NCBI RefSeq assembly: GCF_038025025.1
Contig: NW_027117348.1
Span: 1-64,000 of the forward strand
Direction: 5' to 3'
Length of the DNA: 64,000 nucleotides
Origin: Phyllosticta citribraziliensis
Taxonomy: Eukaryota
Under the pieces are notes generated by a model, which ran no database searches, was not told where the DNA came from, and was given only the letters and a program-made list of their open reading frames with translations. The position numbers and the translations under genes are program-made. Below are positions 11,749 to 22,828 of the stretch, in pieces. The stretch's first letter is position 1, and the number at the start of each line of letters is the position of its first letter.

Positions 11749-14700
11749 CTACTCCATGTCTTCCGGCACCCACTCCATCCCCGGATAGCTGGTGGCGCGC
11801 ATGGTAATCTCTTCGCTTCCTCGTCGCCCAACGCCCGTGTCCGCCAGCTCTGCAACAAAAGACTGCTCGCTTTTGCCAGAGTTGGCAACGACTCCGCTAG
11901 AAGCAGGCTGAGGCGGCGAGATCGCCACGCCAGCGCCTTTCAAAGGGGTCTCTGGGTCCGTGTTACGATGCTCGCGAGAACTGAAGCTATCGGGAATGTT
12001 CTGGTTCTTTACAGGGCCCTGCGAAAAGGTTGGAGACGCAATGCCCCGACGCATGTCGACCGCGCGATGCGGACCAGGAAGACGCGGCGCCACGTTGCGG
12101 CGGCCAACAGGCACTTGCGACAAGCTGGGACTTGGGATCCGCGAAGGTCCAGCCCTCGGAGTCTGCACCTGCGGCTGCGAAGCGGCGCCGATTCCCTGAA
12201 GTGGGCTAGAGTTTGCCCGAGCAATGCCTCGATACGGCGGATTCCTGTTGGGGTAGCTGAAGATTTTCGAAGTGCTCGGCTGCGGTATGCCTGTCGTCGC
12301 TCGAGCGTAGGGAGAGTCATCGGGAGGAGGGAGAAGAGGGTTGGCGCGAAGGGGAACCTGCGGTGGTACATGGACACTTGCTCTGCGGTTCTGCGGCTGC
12401 GCGGGTCTCGCCTGTGGCAGATGGCTGCCCTGGACCTTTTTCCCCTCTGCGCTGTCAGGACCAGCGAAGATGCCCACCGACGACCTCCTGGGAAGTTGGG
12501 CGGCGCTGGAGGCATGTTCCTGGGGCAGTGCCGATTTGCGGTGGTACCATGATCCCTCGGGAAAGTGGTTCTGCTTCTTTTTGGCGGGCGATTGAAGCAG
12601 AGTTGGAATTCCGAGAGACGCAGACGGGAGTCCGTATTTGCCTCGTCCAGCAGAGCCCGCTCTCTGCTCGCCGATGGGATCCTTCAAGATACCCTCGTTC
12701 GCTTGGGCCTTGTTTGCGCCGCTCGGTTCCAAAGACTGCGGCTCGTCCACCATCCGAGTATCCAAAATCGCCATTGCAGTCACCGGACGCGACGACGACG
12801 TCAGAGACTGTTTGACCTCGTCCTCGCCGCCTTCCTGCCGCTTGCTGGAGCGGCGATAGACCTTTGCAATCTTGGAGTTCTTCTTGCTGGGTTTGCTTTC
12901 CTTTTCTTTGTTCTTTTCCAACTTTGCGCTGTCTTTGCTCTTCGACTTTTCATCCTTTGTACTCGAATGGCGGAAGATGGAGCCCAGAATCGACCCGCGC
13001 TTCTTCTTCTCCTTGGTCTTGGACTGTTCAGCAGGCGCGGGGATTTTGGAGACAAGTCCGGGAGTCTTGCTCGGCGTGCTCGCCTCGTCAGCGATCGGGG
13101 CCTTTCGCTGCTCAGAGCTGTCGGCCTTCGCTTGCTGGGCCGGCTCAGGATTCCGGGGCTGCACTGGAGTGACGGGAAGTATTTCGTCGGGGCCCTTCTC
13201 GGTGTGAGACGCCTCGCTCTTGGACCGAGCTGCTCGGTTTCCCAAGATAGGCCACGTCTTTCTCCACGATTTGGACTTTTCGCGAACAGGGACTCCTTCC
13301 GACACTTGGAGCGGATTTGAAGGCGCGGTCAAGGGCCTGCTGTCAGTCTCCGCCGCAACTCGCGATGGATGGGCCGTTGCTGGTCGTCGATCTACCAGTG
13401 GCAGATTGTCTCTCTTGGGCGGAGCCTCGAATTTCGGCGCCACTGGTGCGATCTGAGTCTGTTCAGGCTGTGCGCTCTCCTGGGTCTCTTCTTCGATGGG
13501 ACTCCCTTCCGCTGGCTGACTTTCAGCGGCGAGACCATCAATTTCAGGTTGCTTGACGATCGATTCGACCTTTTGATCAGACGTCGCAGCGTCGACAGGC
13601 TGTTCGCCTGTTGGGAGCTCGTCCTGTGAGAGCTTCGGTTCCAATTTCGCTTCCGTCGAGTCAAAGTCTGCCATGGATAGCTCGCCCGCAATGTCCTCAA
13701 TCGAAGCCAGAGACATGCGTTTTCTCTGATCCGCAGGCTCGGGCTCTTTGATGGTTTGCAGCTGTTCCATGTCTCTGGGCGACTCGAGGCTGAGCTGATA
13801 CATTGCAGAGTCGCGGCGACTGTCGGGTTCGATTACTTTCCGCGCTGGCTGTGGGCTGGCATCCAAAGCCGGCGACCCTGGCGAGGGTTGGGCGACGGAG
13901 ATTTCTTTCTGGCTTTCGACCTCTGCAGAGGTTTCTTCGCGTTCGTTGCTTTGCTCGTCCACGTTGCTTTGCTTGTCTTGATCGCCCTGCTCTTCAGATT
14001 CTACAACCTCAACGGTCTCCCTATCCAGGGGCTCGTCTTCCAGGTTTGTACTGAGCTTTGCAGGTTCCTCAGCGCGGACCTCATCTTCTGTTTCTTCCGG
14101 CGCCGCCTCGTCTTCAGTCTCGCAAAAGACCTCAGCTTCCTTCTTTTCGGTCATCGCATCTATCTGCGAGCTGGCGTCGTCATCAGCATCGGTGCTCGGG
14201 TCAATGATTTCGTGGACAGAGGCGGCCCGTTGGGTGGACTCCGCCGAAGAAGCGGTCCGGACAAGAGCCAGGTCGACACTGTGGTCCTCATTCCTCGATT
14301 CGCCGCGGAGCGCACTCTCTCGACCCGGGTCCAGAAAAGACAGCTCGTCGTCTGCAAAACTTTCGTCGTCGCCATCGGGCAGCGGGAAGAATTCAGGATC
14401 AATGTCGTCTTCATCGTCGCTGGCCTCTGACGGCAGAAACTCCATGCGCCAGGCCCAATCGTCCACAGAAAAGGCAACTGGCCTTGCTTCATCAAAAGCA
14501 GTCTCGCGCGGCGGTGTGGGAATGCCGCCCGTCATCTGGCTTTCTGCGCCGTCGCGGCCTTGGTCTTGGAGCTCCTGAGCGCCATTGCTGACGAGGTCGC
14601 AGCTCAGCGGGCTGACTGACCCTGAGCGAGGCGCATCCCAATGGTTTCTCTCAGGCTGGTCTCGTTCGCTTGGCTGGAAGCTGGACAGCGATTGAGCCAG

Positions 14701-15267
14701 TTCCTTGTCGTCTGAACCCAAGTGTGGCGGATGAGTGGCCGTCGGAGAGGCTGCCTTCGTCTCGGAACCGTAATCAGGCGAGGGGAAATAGCTGTCCTTG
14801 TCTGTGATGCTTGGATCTGTCGCGCTCCCGGAACGCGCACTGCTCACGGTATTGAGTTGCTCTTTCGCGACGCTTTTCAGAGCCGTTTCAGGCGACGGCG
14901 AGGTTGGTGTGGCCGTCACATTCTCTGCGTGCGTCTGGGCCGTCAAGACTGCTGAAGGAGCTGTTGTGAGTCGTCGCAGAAAGGCAGGCCTCTTGTCCCT
15001 TGTCTCTGTCTGTTGTCGGGGAATGCCAATCGGTGCGCTGGATGCTGGTGCCGCTTGGGTCGGCAAATCGTCAAATGTTGTTGGGGGTGTTGGAAGACCA
15101 TCGTTGAATTTGACATTGTTCGTTTCAATCGCGAGCGCACTGATGTTGGCCGACTCTGTTACATCACTCGGCGGGTCCTGAACTGGATCCCCCGCTGCGA
15201 TAGCTGGATCCTGACTTTTGGCACTGTCTTCGGCGGGAGGGGCAGGGACGGACTGCTCGTTGCCCAT
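11749..15267 (-). CDS. Large low-complexity protein (~1170 aa), N-terminal MGNEQS myristoylation-type motif, C-terminal MRATSYPGMEWVP
   Basis: 3.5 kb uninterrupted ORF; acidic middle region, Lys-rich patch. Confidence 0.85.
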   Translation of the reverse strand: MGNEQSVPAPPAEDSAKSQDPAIAAGDPVQDPPSDVTESANISALAIETNNVKFNDGLPTPPTTFDDLPTQAAPASSAPIGIPRQQTETRDKRPAFLRRLTTAPSAVLTAQTHAENVTATPTSPSPETALKSVAKEQLNTVSSARSGSATDPSITDKDSYFPSPDYGSETKAASPTATHPPHLGSDDKELAQSLSSFQPSERDQPERNHWDAPRSGSVSPLSCDLVSNGAQELQDQGRDGAESQMTGGIPTPPRETAFDEARPVAFSVDDWAWRMEFLPSEASDDEDDIDPEFFPLPDGDDESFADDELSFLDPGRESALRGESRNEDHSVDLALVRTASSAESTQRAASVHEIIDPSTDADDDASSQIDAMTEKKEAEVFCETEDEAAPEETEDEVRAEEPAKLSTNLEDEPLDRETVEVVESEEQGDQDKQSNVDEQSNEREETSAEVESQKEISVAQPSPGSPALDASPQPARKVIEPDSRRDSAMYQLSLESPRDMEQLQTIKEPEPADQRKRMSLASIEDIAGELSMADFDSTEAKLEPKLSQDELPTGEQPVDAATSDQKVESIVKQPEIDGLAAESQPAEGSPIEEETQESAQPEQTQIAPVAPKFEAPPKRDNLPLVDRRPATAHPSRVAAETDSRPLTAPSNPLQVSEGVPVREKSKSWRKTWPILGNRAARSKSEASHTEKGPDEILPVTPVQPRNPEPAQQAKADSSEQRKAPIADEASTPSKTPGLVSKIPAPAEQSKTKEKKKRGSILGSIFRHSSTKDEKSKSKDSAKLEKNKEKESKPSKKNSKIAKVYRRSSKRQEGGEDEVKQSLTSSSRPVTAMAILDTRMVDEPQSLEPSGANKAQANEGILKDPIGEQRAGSAGRGKYGLPSASLGIPTLLQSPAKKKQNHFPEGSWYHRKSALPQEHASSAAQLPRRSSVGIFAGPDSAEGKKVQGSHLPQARPAQPQNRRASVHVPPQVPLRANPLLPPPDDSPYARATTGIPQPSTSKIFSYPNRNPPYRGIARANSSPLQGIGAASQPQVQTPRAGPSRIPSPSLSQVPVGRRNVAPRLPGPHRAVDMRRGIASPTFSQGPVKNQNIPDSFSSREHRNTDPETPLKGAGVAISPPQPASSGVVANSGKSEQSFVAELADTGVGRRGSEEITMRATSYPGMEWVPEDME

Positions 15268-15826
15268 ATCGACGGACACAAATCAACACTTGGGAAAAAT
15301 TCACAACGATGCAGCCCTGGAAGGGTTGCAGGATTTATTGCAGCAACCACGGCAAGGTGGTGCGCGTCTGGCGGTATATCAACATCATGCTGCACCAACG
15401 CCACACGGGACCCTTACGCGAAGATCGCACCCTTTCAACTAAATATCCGCTATCGGCAACTTATCAACGCCGTTCGAGATGGACTGATGGCGACGAGCAG
15501 CGGGGCCCTCTATCCAAGCATCAGCATGATCGCCATACACCGCCTGTTGCCCAGTTCCCTCTCCGGTCCGAGCACGCTCAGCGCCTCACACCTACTTGGT
15601 CTCGCACCTCACGAGCATCTGCCATTGGTCCAGGACGGCCAACACACGCGTAGCCGTGAATCTCGTGACATCGGATCCGTCGGCCAAACCAGGATGGCTG
15701 CATCCTACATCATTTTCTCTACATCGATCGCAACTGCAGCATTGCTTCTGTCAGTGTCAGCACTCGGCACGAACACGATATTCGCAAAACTCCGATACCA
15801 TTCATAGACCTACCTATCGCCAGCAC

Positions 15827-16819
15827 CTACATCCAACTGTCCGACACACCAATGTACCTCTTCAGGTCGACCAGCGCGTTCCTGAGGTTGACGAGGTTGT
15901 TCTCCGTCTGCACCCTTCCAGCCTCACCGGCGTACGGAAAAGTGAGGCGGCGCTCCATGAGCTTGATGGCCTCAATGAAAGCGTCGACCATGTCGACTCC
16001 AACGGTGATCCTACTGTTCTTGCTCGTCCGGAAGGCAATCCAATGACTCATCATGCGCACCGCATTGTCCCGCCTCGTCTTCTCGCCTCTGACCAAGGCG
16101 AAATCCTCGGGGGTCTGTCTGTCCTTTGGCATGGGAAACTTGGCCAGCTCGCACAGGGGACACAGGCAATCGAAGCCGTATTCTGCCTTCAGAATGGCTC
16201 CTCTGCTTGCCTGCTTCTGTCCGTCGACTGCGCAGTAGCAGGTCGTGATCTCCTCGCCGGCAACAATGTCCCTGACGGCTTCCAACGCCTGCACGCCGCG
16301 CTCGAGTTTGTAGTCGTAGCCCGCGTTGTGCAGGCAGGAATGGTTGAGCCTCGATTGCTCGACAAAAACTGCAGAAGCAACATTACCTTCATCCACAGCG
16401 TAGCTGTTGGTCCAGGCCACGCCGGCTACACGAGAGATGAGCGTCGAATAGCTCATGGTCCGCTCGTCCACCTGTCCGGCTTCAAACTTGGCCTTGAGAC
16501 TGTCAAGGGCTTTTTGAATGGAGTGGTCAGACGCGTACAGCGAAAGGAACCTTTCCATTTCCTGCGAAGTCAGCTTGGTGTACTGCTGAAACACCTGCAT
16601 TACGTCCGAGGCGTCCATACCTTTTTCCATGACGAGAATGGGAGACTCCGTCATGATGAAGGTGCCGCGGCAGATGTCGCGTGTCGCGAAGACGGCGGTT
16701 CCGCGGCCTGGGATTTGTCGGAGTTCGTACATGTTCTCGGTCTGGCTGAGAATTCTGGAAAGTTTGCTGTCAACTAACTCAGTACGTCGCGATGCTTTTA
16801 TACTGCCAGAATCTGGCAT
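15827..16819 (-). CDS. SET-domain protein (lysine methyltransferase, Set5/SMYD-like)
   Basis: GRGTAVFATRDI, SRLNHSC, GEEITTCY and post-SET YGFDCLCPLC. Confidence 0.9.
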   Translation of the reverse strand: MPDSGSIKASRRTELVDSKLSRILSQTENMYELRQIPGRGTAVFATRDICRGTFIMTESPILVMEKGMDASDVMQVFQQYTKLTSQEMERFLSLYASDHSIQKALDSLKAKFEAGQVDERTMSYSTLISRVAGVAWTNSYAVDEGNVASAVFVEQSRLNHSCLHNAGYDYKLERGVQALEAVRDIVAGEEITTCYCAVDGQKQASRGAILKAEYGFDCLCPLCELAKFPMPKDRQTPEDFALVRGEKTRRDNAVRMMSHWIAFRTSKNSRITVGVDMVDAFIEAIKLMERRLTFPYAGEAGRVQTENNLVNLRNALVDLKRYIGVSDSWM

Positions 16820-16950
16820 TGTGTGAGAAACGACAGATCATTGTTTCTGAACAATGGCCTGGGTTCAGGCAATGGCTCATTCCATGCATCACCACGCTGT
16901 CTTTGTTCTTCGGGAAAGAGGCGGAATCCCCCTTCTAATTCAAGACTTGC

Positions 16951-18904
16951 CTATTGATACTTCTCTAGAAACTTCAATGCGACCGCAGCATCCTTCTCAA
17001 TCGTCGCGGCATGAGCTTCGCTTCTCGGCTTGAATTGTACCTTGTATGGCAGCGGAGAAAGCGCAAACCCCTCCGAGAAACGCGTTACATCGACGTCGAC
17101 GGGAATCAGTTCGTACGCCCACAAAATCTTGGCCGTCATGCGCCACATGGTGCGTTCCGCCAGATGCATCCCGGGGCAGATTCTCCTGCCAGCGCCGTAT
17201 ACGTAGTGGTGTGGAGAGGGCAAGAGACAAGTTAGTCGATTTGCACGAAGCGAGGACAGGGAGTACTCATCTCTGTTCTCAAATTCGGCGATGCCGGCGA
17301 GCTCTGACGCGAGCCGCGTGTGGTTTTGCCAGCGGTCGGGATTGTAAGACTCGGGGTCGCCGTAGCCGTTCTTCTCGGTGTGGTGGAGGGCCCACACAGG
17401 GACGAAGATGCTTGATCCCTTGGGAATGAACATGCCCTCGTACCAGTCGTCTTCTCTGACGACATGCGGGATGCCGAACGGAACACTGCAATGATTTGAG
17501 ACACTGCTCCAGCCAGCTCGACTGATGGGCAACTCACGGTGGTCCCCAGCGGACGGATTCCTTGACAATGCTGTTGATGTATGGGAGTTGGTCGAAGTCA
17601 GACCACGTTGGAAGTCTGCAAGATTTCAGTTTGCCGTTCTCCAGTTTCGAGGAGAATTCTCACCTTTCAGAACCACACACTTTGTCCAGTTGCTCTCGAG
17701 CCTTCTCTTGAACCTCGGGATGCAGCGAAAGTTGCATCAGACTGGTCAGCATTCCCGTCGACGTCGTGTCCGCCCCTCCTTCAACGAGTGACCCAAGAAA
17801 GTGGTTGAGCTTGTTGCTCGTCATTTCAGTCCCGACATCGATCGTCCCATCAAGAATCCCATCCGCAATCGACGGACGCGTGCCACTCTCCCTGCGACGC
17901 TCCTCGACCAGCGTGCGCGCCTTCACCCACGTCTTATTCATTTCGCGGCCCGAGAAAATGGCTCGGCGCTTCCACCCTGCGAAGCGCTCTGGTATCCACT
18001 TCAAGAAGGGGAACTGGTCGACGGGAGGGTTTGCGCCAATCTCCATTGCCTCTGAAAACATTTCCAGTGCTTTGTAGACGTTCTGTGGCGGTCAGCACGT
18101 TTTCGAGACTTCTGTTGTCGACTCACGTGGCCCCAGAACTCGCCATACGTAGCCGCGCGGTGGCCCCAGACGACGACGTTGGCGACGGAACAGGTCGTGC
18201 GTTTGACGTGCTTGTAAAAGTCTTCCGGGGATTTCAAAAGATCCAGCAGTAGGACCGACATTCTGCACCAATCGATTAGCTGAATCGACCAAATTGATGC
18301 GCGGAAAAACCTACTCGGACTCATGGAGAGGCACGAACTTCCCGTCCTTGTCATCCAAGGTTCGTGGCTTTGCCGTGTTAGCGGTTCTGGCCGCTGCAAG
18401 TGCACCAAGCACTCACCGACAAGACATGCGACGCAATCTTTCTCTGCGACCGCCAGCTGGAAGTGGCGTCCTCGAAAGCGAAATAATGGTTGTGAGTCAC
18501 GAGCCCGCAGACATACTCCTTCTGCCTGTCAGAGTATATCGCGCCCTTTTTGTCGAGCAGGTCATGAATGGCTTTTCTGTCGTTGAGCACAATTGTCGTG
18601 TCTGAGCCCATCTTCAAAGAGTACACGGAGCCGTATTGCTCGCTCCATTTCTTGAGCCTTGGAGTATTTCTAGTCAGAAGATCGTAGCGGAAGTCGGGCG
18701 CAGTACGTACTGTTTGTAAAACGGTTTTGCTGAAAGCTGATGCAGATTCCCAATCACAGGAAGCGTTGGAGGCCCCGGCGGGAGGCGAGGGTCACGACGA
18801 CCCAGCTGCGAAAGCTTATATACCAACGACAAAAACGCAACAAACACAGTGAGCTTCCAGACCAGCCCCGAGGCCAGGCCCTGCGAGAGTGCGACAGTAT
18901 CCAT
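16951..18904 (-). CDS. Cytochrome P450 monooxygenase, multi-exon
   Basis: TM anchor followed by [24 protein letters not shown]-helix; KESVRW (ExxR); PDRW; heme motif [10 protein letters not shown]; several GT-AG introns (e.g. 18658-18710) and one apparent AT-AC intron. Confidence 0.95.
17211..17270 (-). other. Putative non-canonical AT-AC intron (60 nt) in the P450
   Basis: G|ATGAGT...GACTAAC...pyrimidine tract...CCAC|AC; removal gives [17 protein letters not shown]. Confidence 0.7.
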
Positions 18905-20846
18905 GGCCAGTCAACACAAAGCACAAACTCCCCAGTCCCGCCAGCCTGCTCCGCACCCTCAATATAAGCAAGAAAAGCGCTCGGATGCGGAGACAAGCGC
19001 TGCCGATGCACTGTTCTTCAACCACGGTCGATCAATAAACAATCGACAATCTCGTGCAGCTGCAATGCAGTGACACGCATCGCGCCGTTCCGGACCAGGG
19101 TCGGTCGTCCAATACCGCGCCCCTGTTTTCTGCAACATTGTCAGCGTCTCCACAATTGCTTTCTTATCTGGGTAATCGGACGGGTTGTTCGCGAGGATAA
19201 ATCGCGTGGCGGCGTCATGGTGCGGAGGTGTGGGACGGAGTTGCAGATGCAAGCGTCAGCTCTGCAGCGGCTGCGTGCTTTGCGGGATGTTCACTCGTTC
19301 CGCTTCCGGGAGATGGTGTCGAAAATGAACTGATACGTCAGAAAATAACGACTGCTTCTTTGCGGGAGAAGAGGAAAGTTGCGCGTCAAATAAGATGCGT
19401 CGTCGCTGTATCTTGTGAGAGAAAAAGCGACCATGCTTTTTTCGAACATTTTGCTCGAAAGCCCCTCAGGAAGTCCAAGCTAGTCGATAAATCACCGAAG
19501 GCATTCAAATCAAAACGACTCTACTATTGGACAAACGTGACAAAATACCCGGACCACACCATAGCTGGCCGTGATTCTGCAGGGCGTCAAGAAAACACCA
19601 CAGTGTGTTCTGGCAGCCGAAGCCCAACGACCACCACAGTAAATCCCCCCTTTTCTGCCTCGCCTCAACATCAGAGCTGAAACACTACCATCATACTGTG
19701 CCACCATGGTGACGCCACGACGTCAACAGCAACGCTGTACAACACGCCCGTCGGACAAGGCTGAAGCGTCACTTCAGTAGACCAGCGACTGGACGACAGC
19801 GACATTCCGCGCATGTGTACGACAACTGGCTGGCGCTGAATCGGCGATGGGGAGCAGCAATGTCTACCAATCTGCAGGCCAACAGCGCAGTGTCGACGGC
19901 AGACTCTGCTGGTCAACGAATACTCCTACCATGCCCTACCATACCTCGCGCAGTGAGACAAGCAAGCAAGATACGGGCGCCGCGCCATGCCACTCCCCAA
20001 GCCCAACGCACCCCACAAGGAACGCCCCACCGGCGGCACTGTGTACCGCAGCCCAACGCCACGGCTTTCATTGCCCGTCGCCTGATCGGACAAGTAACAA
20101 AGTGCGGGCTCCGCAAAGGAGGTCAAGCGAGCAAGCACGGGAAGGGTTGTCAAGCCAAGCCAAGCACGCCGTGCGTGCGCTAACCCGTTGCAGGAAGTTT
20201 CCGCGCGAGAAGCTTTGAGTCAAGGCTAGGCGGGACGACTCGACTCGACTCGTTGACTTGTGAGTTAAATCTGGGGCTGGAGGATTTGGGGAAAGAAATT
20301 CCCGGCAGGTGACGTTGTTGAGGCACGTTCTTTTTACACACATGTGGCCAGCGATGGAGAGGTTCATCAATCAAATTGATCGCCCAGTACCAACCGTCTA
20401 CGTACACAAAAGCAGAAAACGAGAAAGATAAGGCCAAACCCCAGCCCATGCATTACCCAGAATCAAAAGCAAAGACTACGAAAAGATCAAACGAAAAGAC
20501 TCAACGCAGAAAGAGACGAAGCAAAGAGAAAAGAATCATCAGACGAAGGAGATGGAGAAAGGAGATACGGGAAGGAAAAAAGGAAAAGAAAAGGAAAAGA
20601 GGAGCTCGTTCGACTCGCTATGTGGGAATCACGCTTCGCTTTCATTTCAACGAAAAAAGCCAAACGCGCAACAACGAAGACGACGGCGAGCATACGGAGC
20701 AAACGGGAAAACCGCGACTTACAATCTGGGAGAGATCGAGAAGGTGAGTAAGTGAGTAAGTGAGGAGGAGCGGTGAAGAAAAGATGATGTCGTATTTCCA
20801 GTCCTGGTCGTCGAAGATTGATTGGAGTTGACTGGTGTGGTGTTGA

Positions 20847-22101
20847 TCAAATCTTCAACGCGCCCTTGGTCGCCGGGTCGAGCTGCAGCAGCCACACCTT
20901 AGTCTCATTGAGGAGGACAATCTCACCCGGATCACAGAAGCAAAAGTTGGCGACGCCGCCGTCGACCTTGACTTTCGCGACGAGGCGGCCGGCGGGATTC
21001 CAGATGTTGAGGCCGTCGCCGCAGCCCGAGTAGACGTTGCCGTACGCGTCGCACTTGATGCCGTCCGGGACGCCGCAGTCGGCCATGGCGAAGACGCGGC
21101 GGTTGCAGAGGAAGTGGGAGCCGTGGTAGTCGCACACGTCGAACGCGTAGCTGGTCTGTCAAAGCGTTGTTCAGCATGACGAGTGAAGGGGAGGGGCTTA
21201 CATGGTTGATACGCGCATGTCGTCGGTGCTGCCGTCTCCGTATATCCACTCCGTGTCCGTCACGTAGACGGTGCGCTCGTCGGGCGAGAAGCAGATGCCG
21301 TTGCAGCGGCCAAAGCCATCTGCGACGACGCGGACATGGCCAGTGTCGGGTTCGAAGCGGTAGACCTGGCCAGGGAGCTGCGGGCGCGGTCGGAAGCCCT
21401 GCTCGTAGCCGTAAACGGGGTCCGTGAACCAAATGGAGCCGTCCGACTTGACGACGACGTCGTTGACCGAGTTGAACTCGCGGCCGTGGTAGTGATTCAG
21501 CAGCGTGGTGCAGTGGTAGGGCGGCTCCGTCTCCATGTGGACGAGGGCGCTGGGGCAGCAAAAGTCGCCCTGGGCGCAGAACAAGACGCCATCGGCGTAG
21601 TTTGTGCCGCCATTGCCCATGACGACGCCCGGGGTGTCGAGCTGCTCCCAGGTCCACTTGTCCGAGGCGCCCACGGGCCGGCGGAGCCGCGAGACGGTAA
21701 TGGTCTGCTCGCCATGGCGGGCGTCCGGGTAGCGATTCGAGGTGATGAAGACGGAGCGAGTGTTGCGATCATAGACTCCAGCCTCGTGGGCAAAGGGGTG
21801 CGAGCTGTGGGACAGGATACACGCCAGCTTTGGCTTTGGGCCGAAAAGTTTGAGCGCGGAGGCGTCATAGATGACGAAGGGCGTCTTGGCGGCCTTTTTC
21901 CCCAGGGCAAGCAGAGCGTGAGCGTCTGCATGGCCATTGGTGGTTACGGCCCCGTTTGTAGCCACACCACCACCCCCATTCTGCAGAGCACGCGAGTGCT
22001 CGTGCTTTAGCGTCTTTTCCGCGAGCGAGACAACCTGCCGTATCCGTCTCAGCAAAAGCGTTCGTCGATGGAGACATTTGGTGTCTTGTTACCTTGAACA
22101 T
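20847..22101 (-). CDS. SMP-30/gluconolactonase/LRE-family lactonase
   Basis: AHEAGVY, NGG, FNSVNDVVV..DGSIWFTDP.YG, NGICFSPDE, PDGIKCD..GNVY; introns ~22035-22092 and 21151-21201. Confidence 0.93.
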
Positions 22102-22828
22102 GGTGGAGAAAGCTGGTGGCACGCTCTGCCATTCTGGTACCGTCCGTCGGCCTGTAAATCTATGGCAACCAGAGGGACGTACTCGCTCGTCGGCGTTTGA
22201 AAGACTGAACGTCACGCCCAAGTTGAAGCCGAGCTTGCGGGGCCCCAGACCGTCGGCGGCGTTGGCAAGGCATGGGTGCCATGGCTTGTTGGTAGCGTCG
22301 GCGTGGGATGGCGTGGGAGGGCTGTCCGGGTCCGGGGGAGATGCGGCGGCGCAGGTCGAGGACTGTCGAATGTCGATGAGGTGATCAAATCTCGATGCCG
22401 CGACGACATGGCGGTTGTTGATGTTTCCTCAGCGTGTTCGAGAACGGTTTGGCGAGAGGGGGAGCAAGAGTCGTCGGCGTCCCAACAGGTGGTAGCGTGC
22501 CGATTGCGGTCGCCGTCCCGATCGATCGAGTGCCGTCGAGCTCCGTTTCATCGCGGGAGCCAAAATCAAACGTTAAAAATACGATAGCAAAAGCCGATTG
22601 CCTGCAGCGGCCAAGCCAAGTCAGCTGACCGCTCCCCATCTCCAGACGCGTCTTGCACGTCGTCGTCGATGTACAGCCATCTTGTCGGCAACTGAACAGT
22701 CTCCTTGGGGCGCGTCCATCAGGAGACAATCTCTATAAGTTCTTTGTTAGCTTCGAGCTTCCTTTTGATCGCTGTTACCCCAGATTTTCCCCAGATTTTG
22801 CCCCTGCTCGCTACGTCACACCGCCACC

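Noticed and set aside
20376..20760. Lys/Arg-rich ORF
   Set aside because: Product of a purine-rich low-complexity tract downstream of the lactonase; non-ATG start
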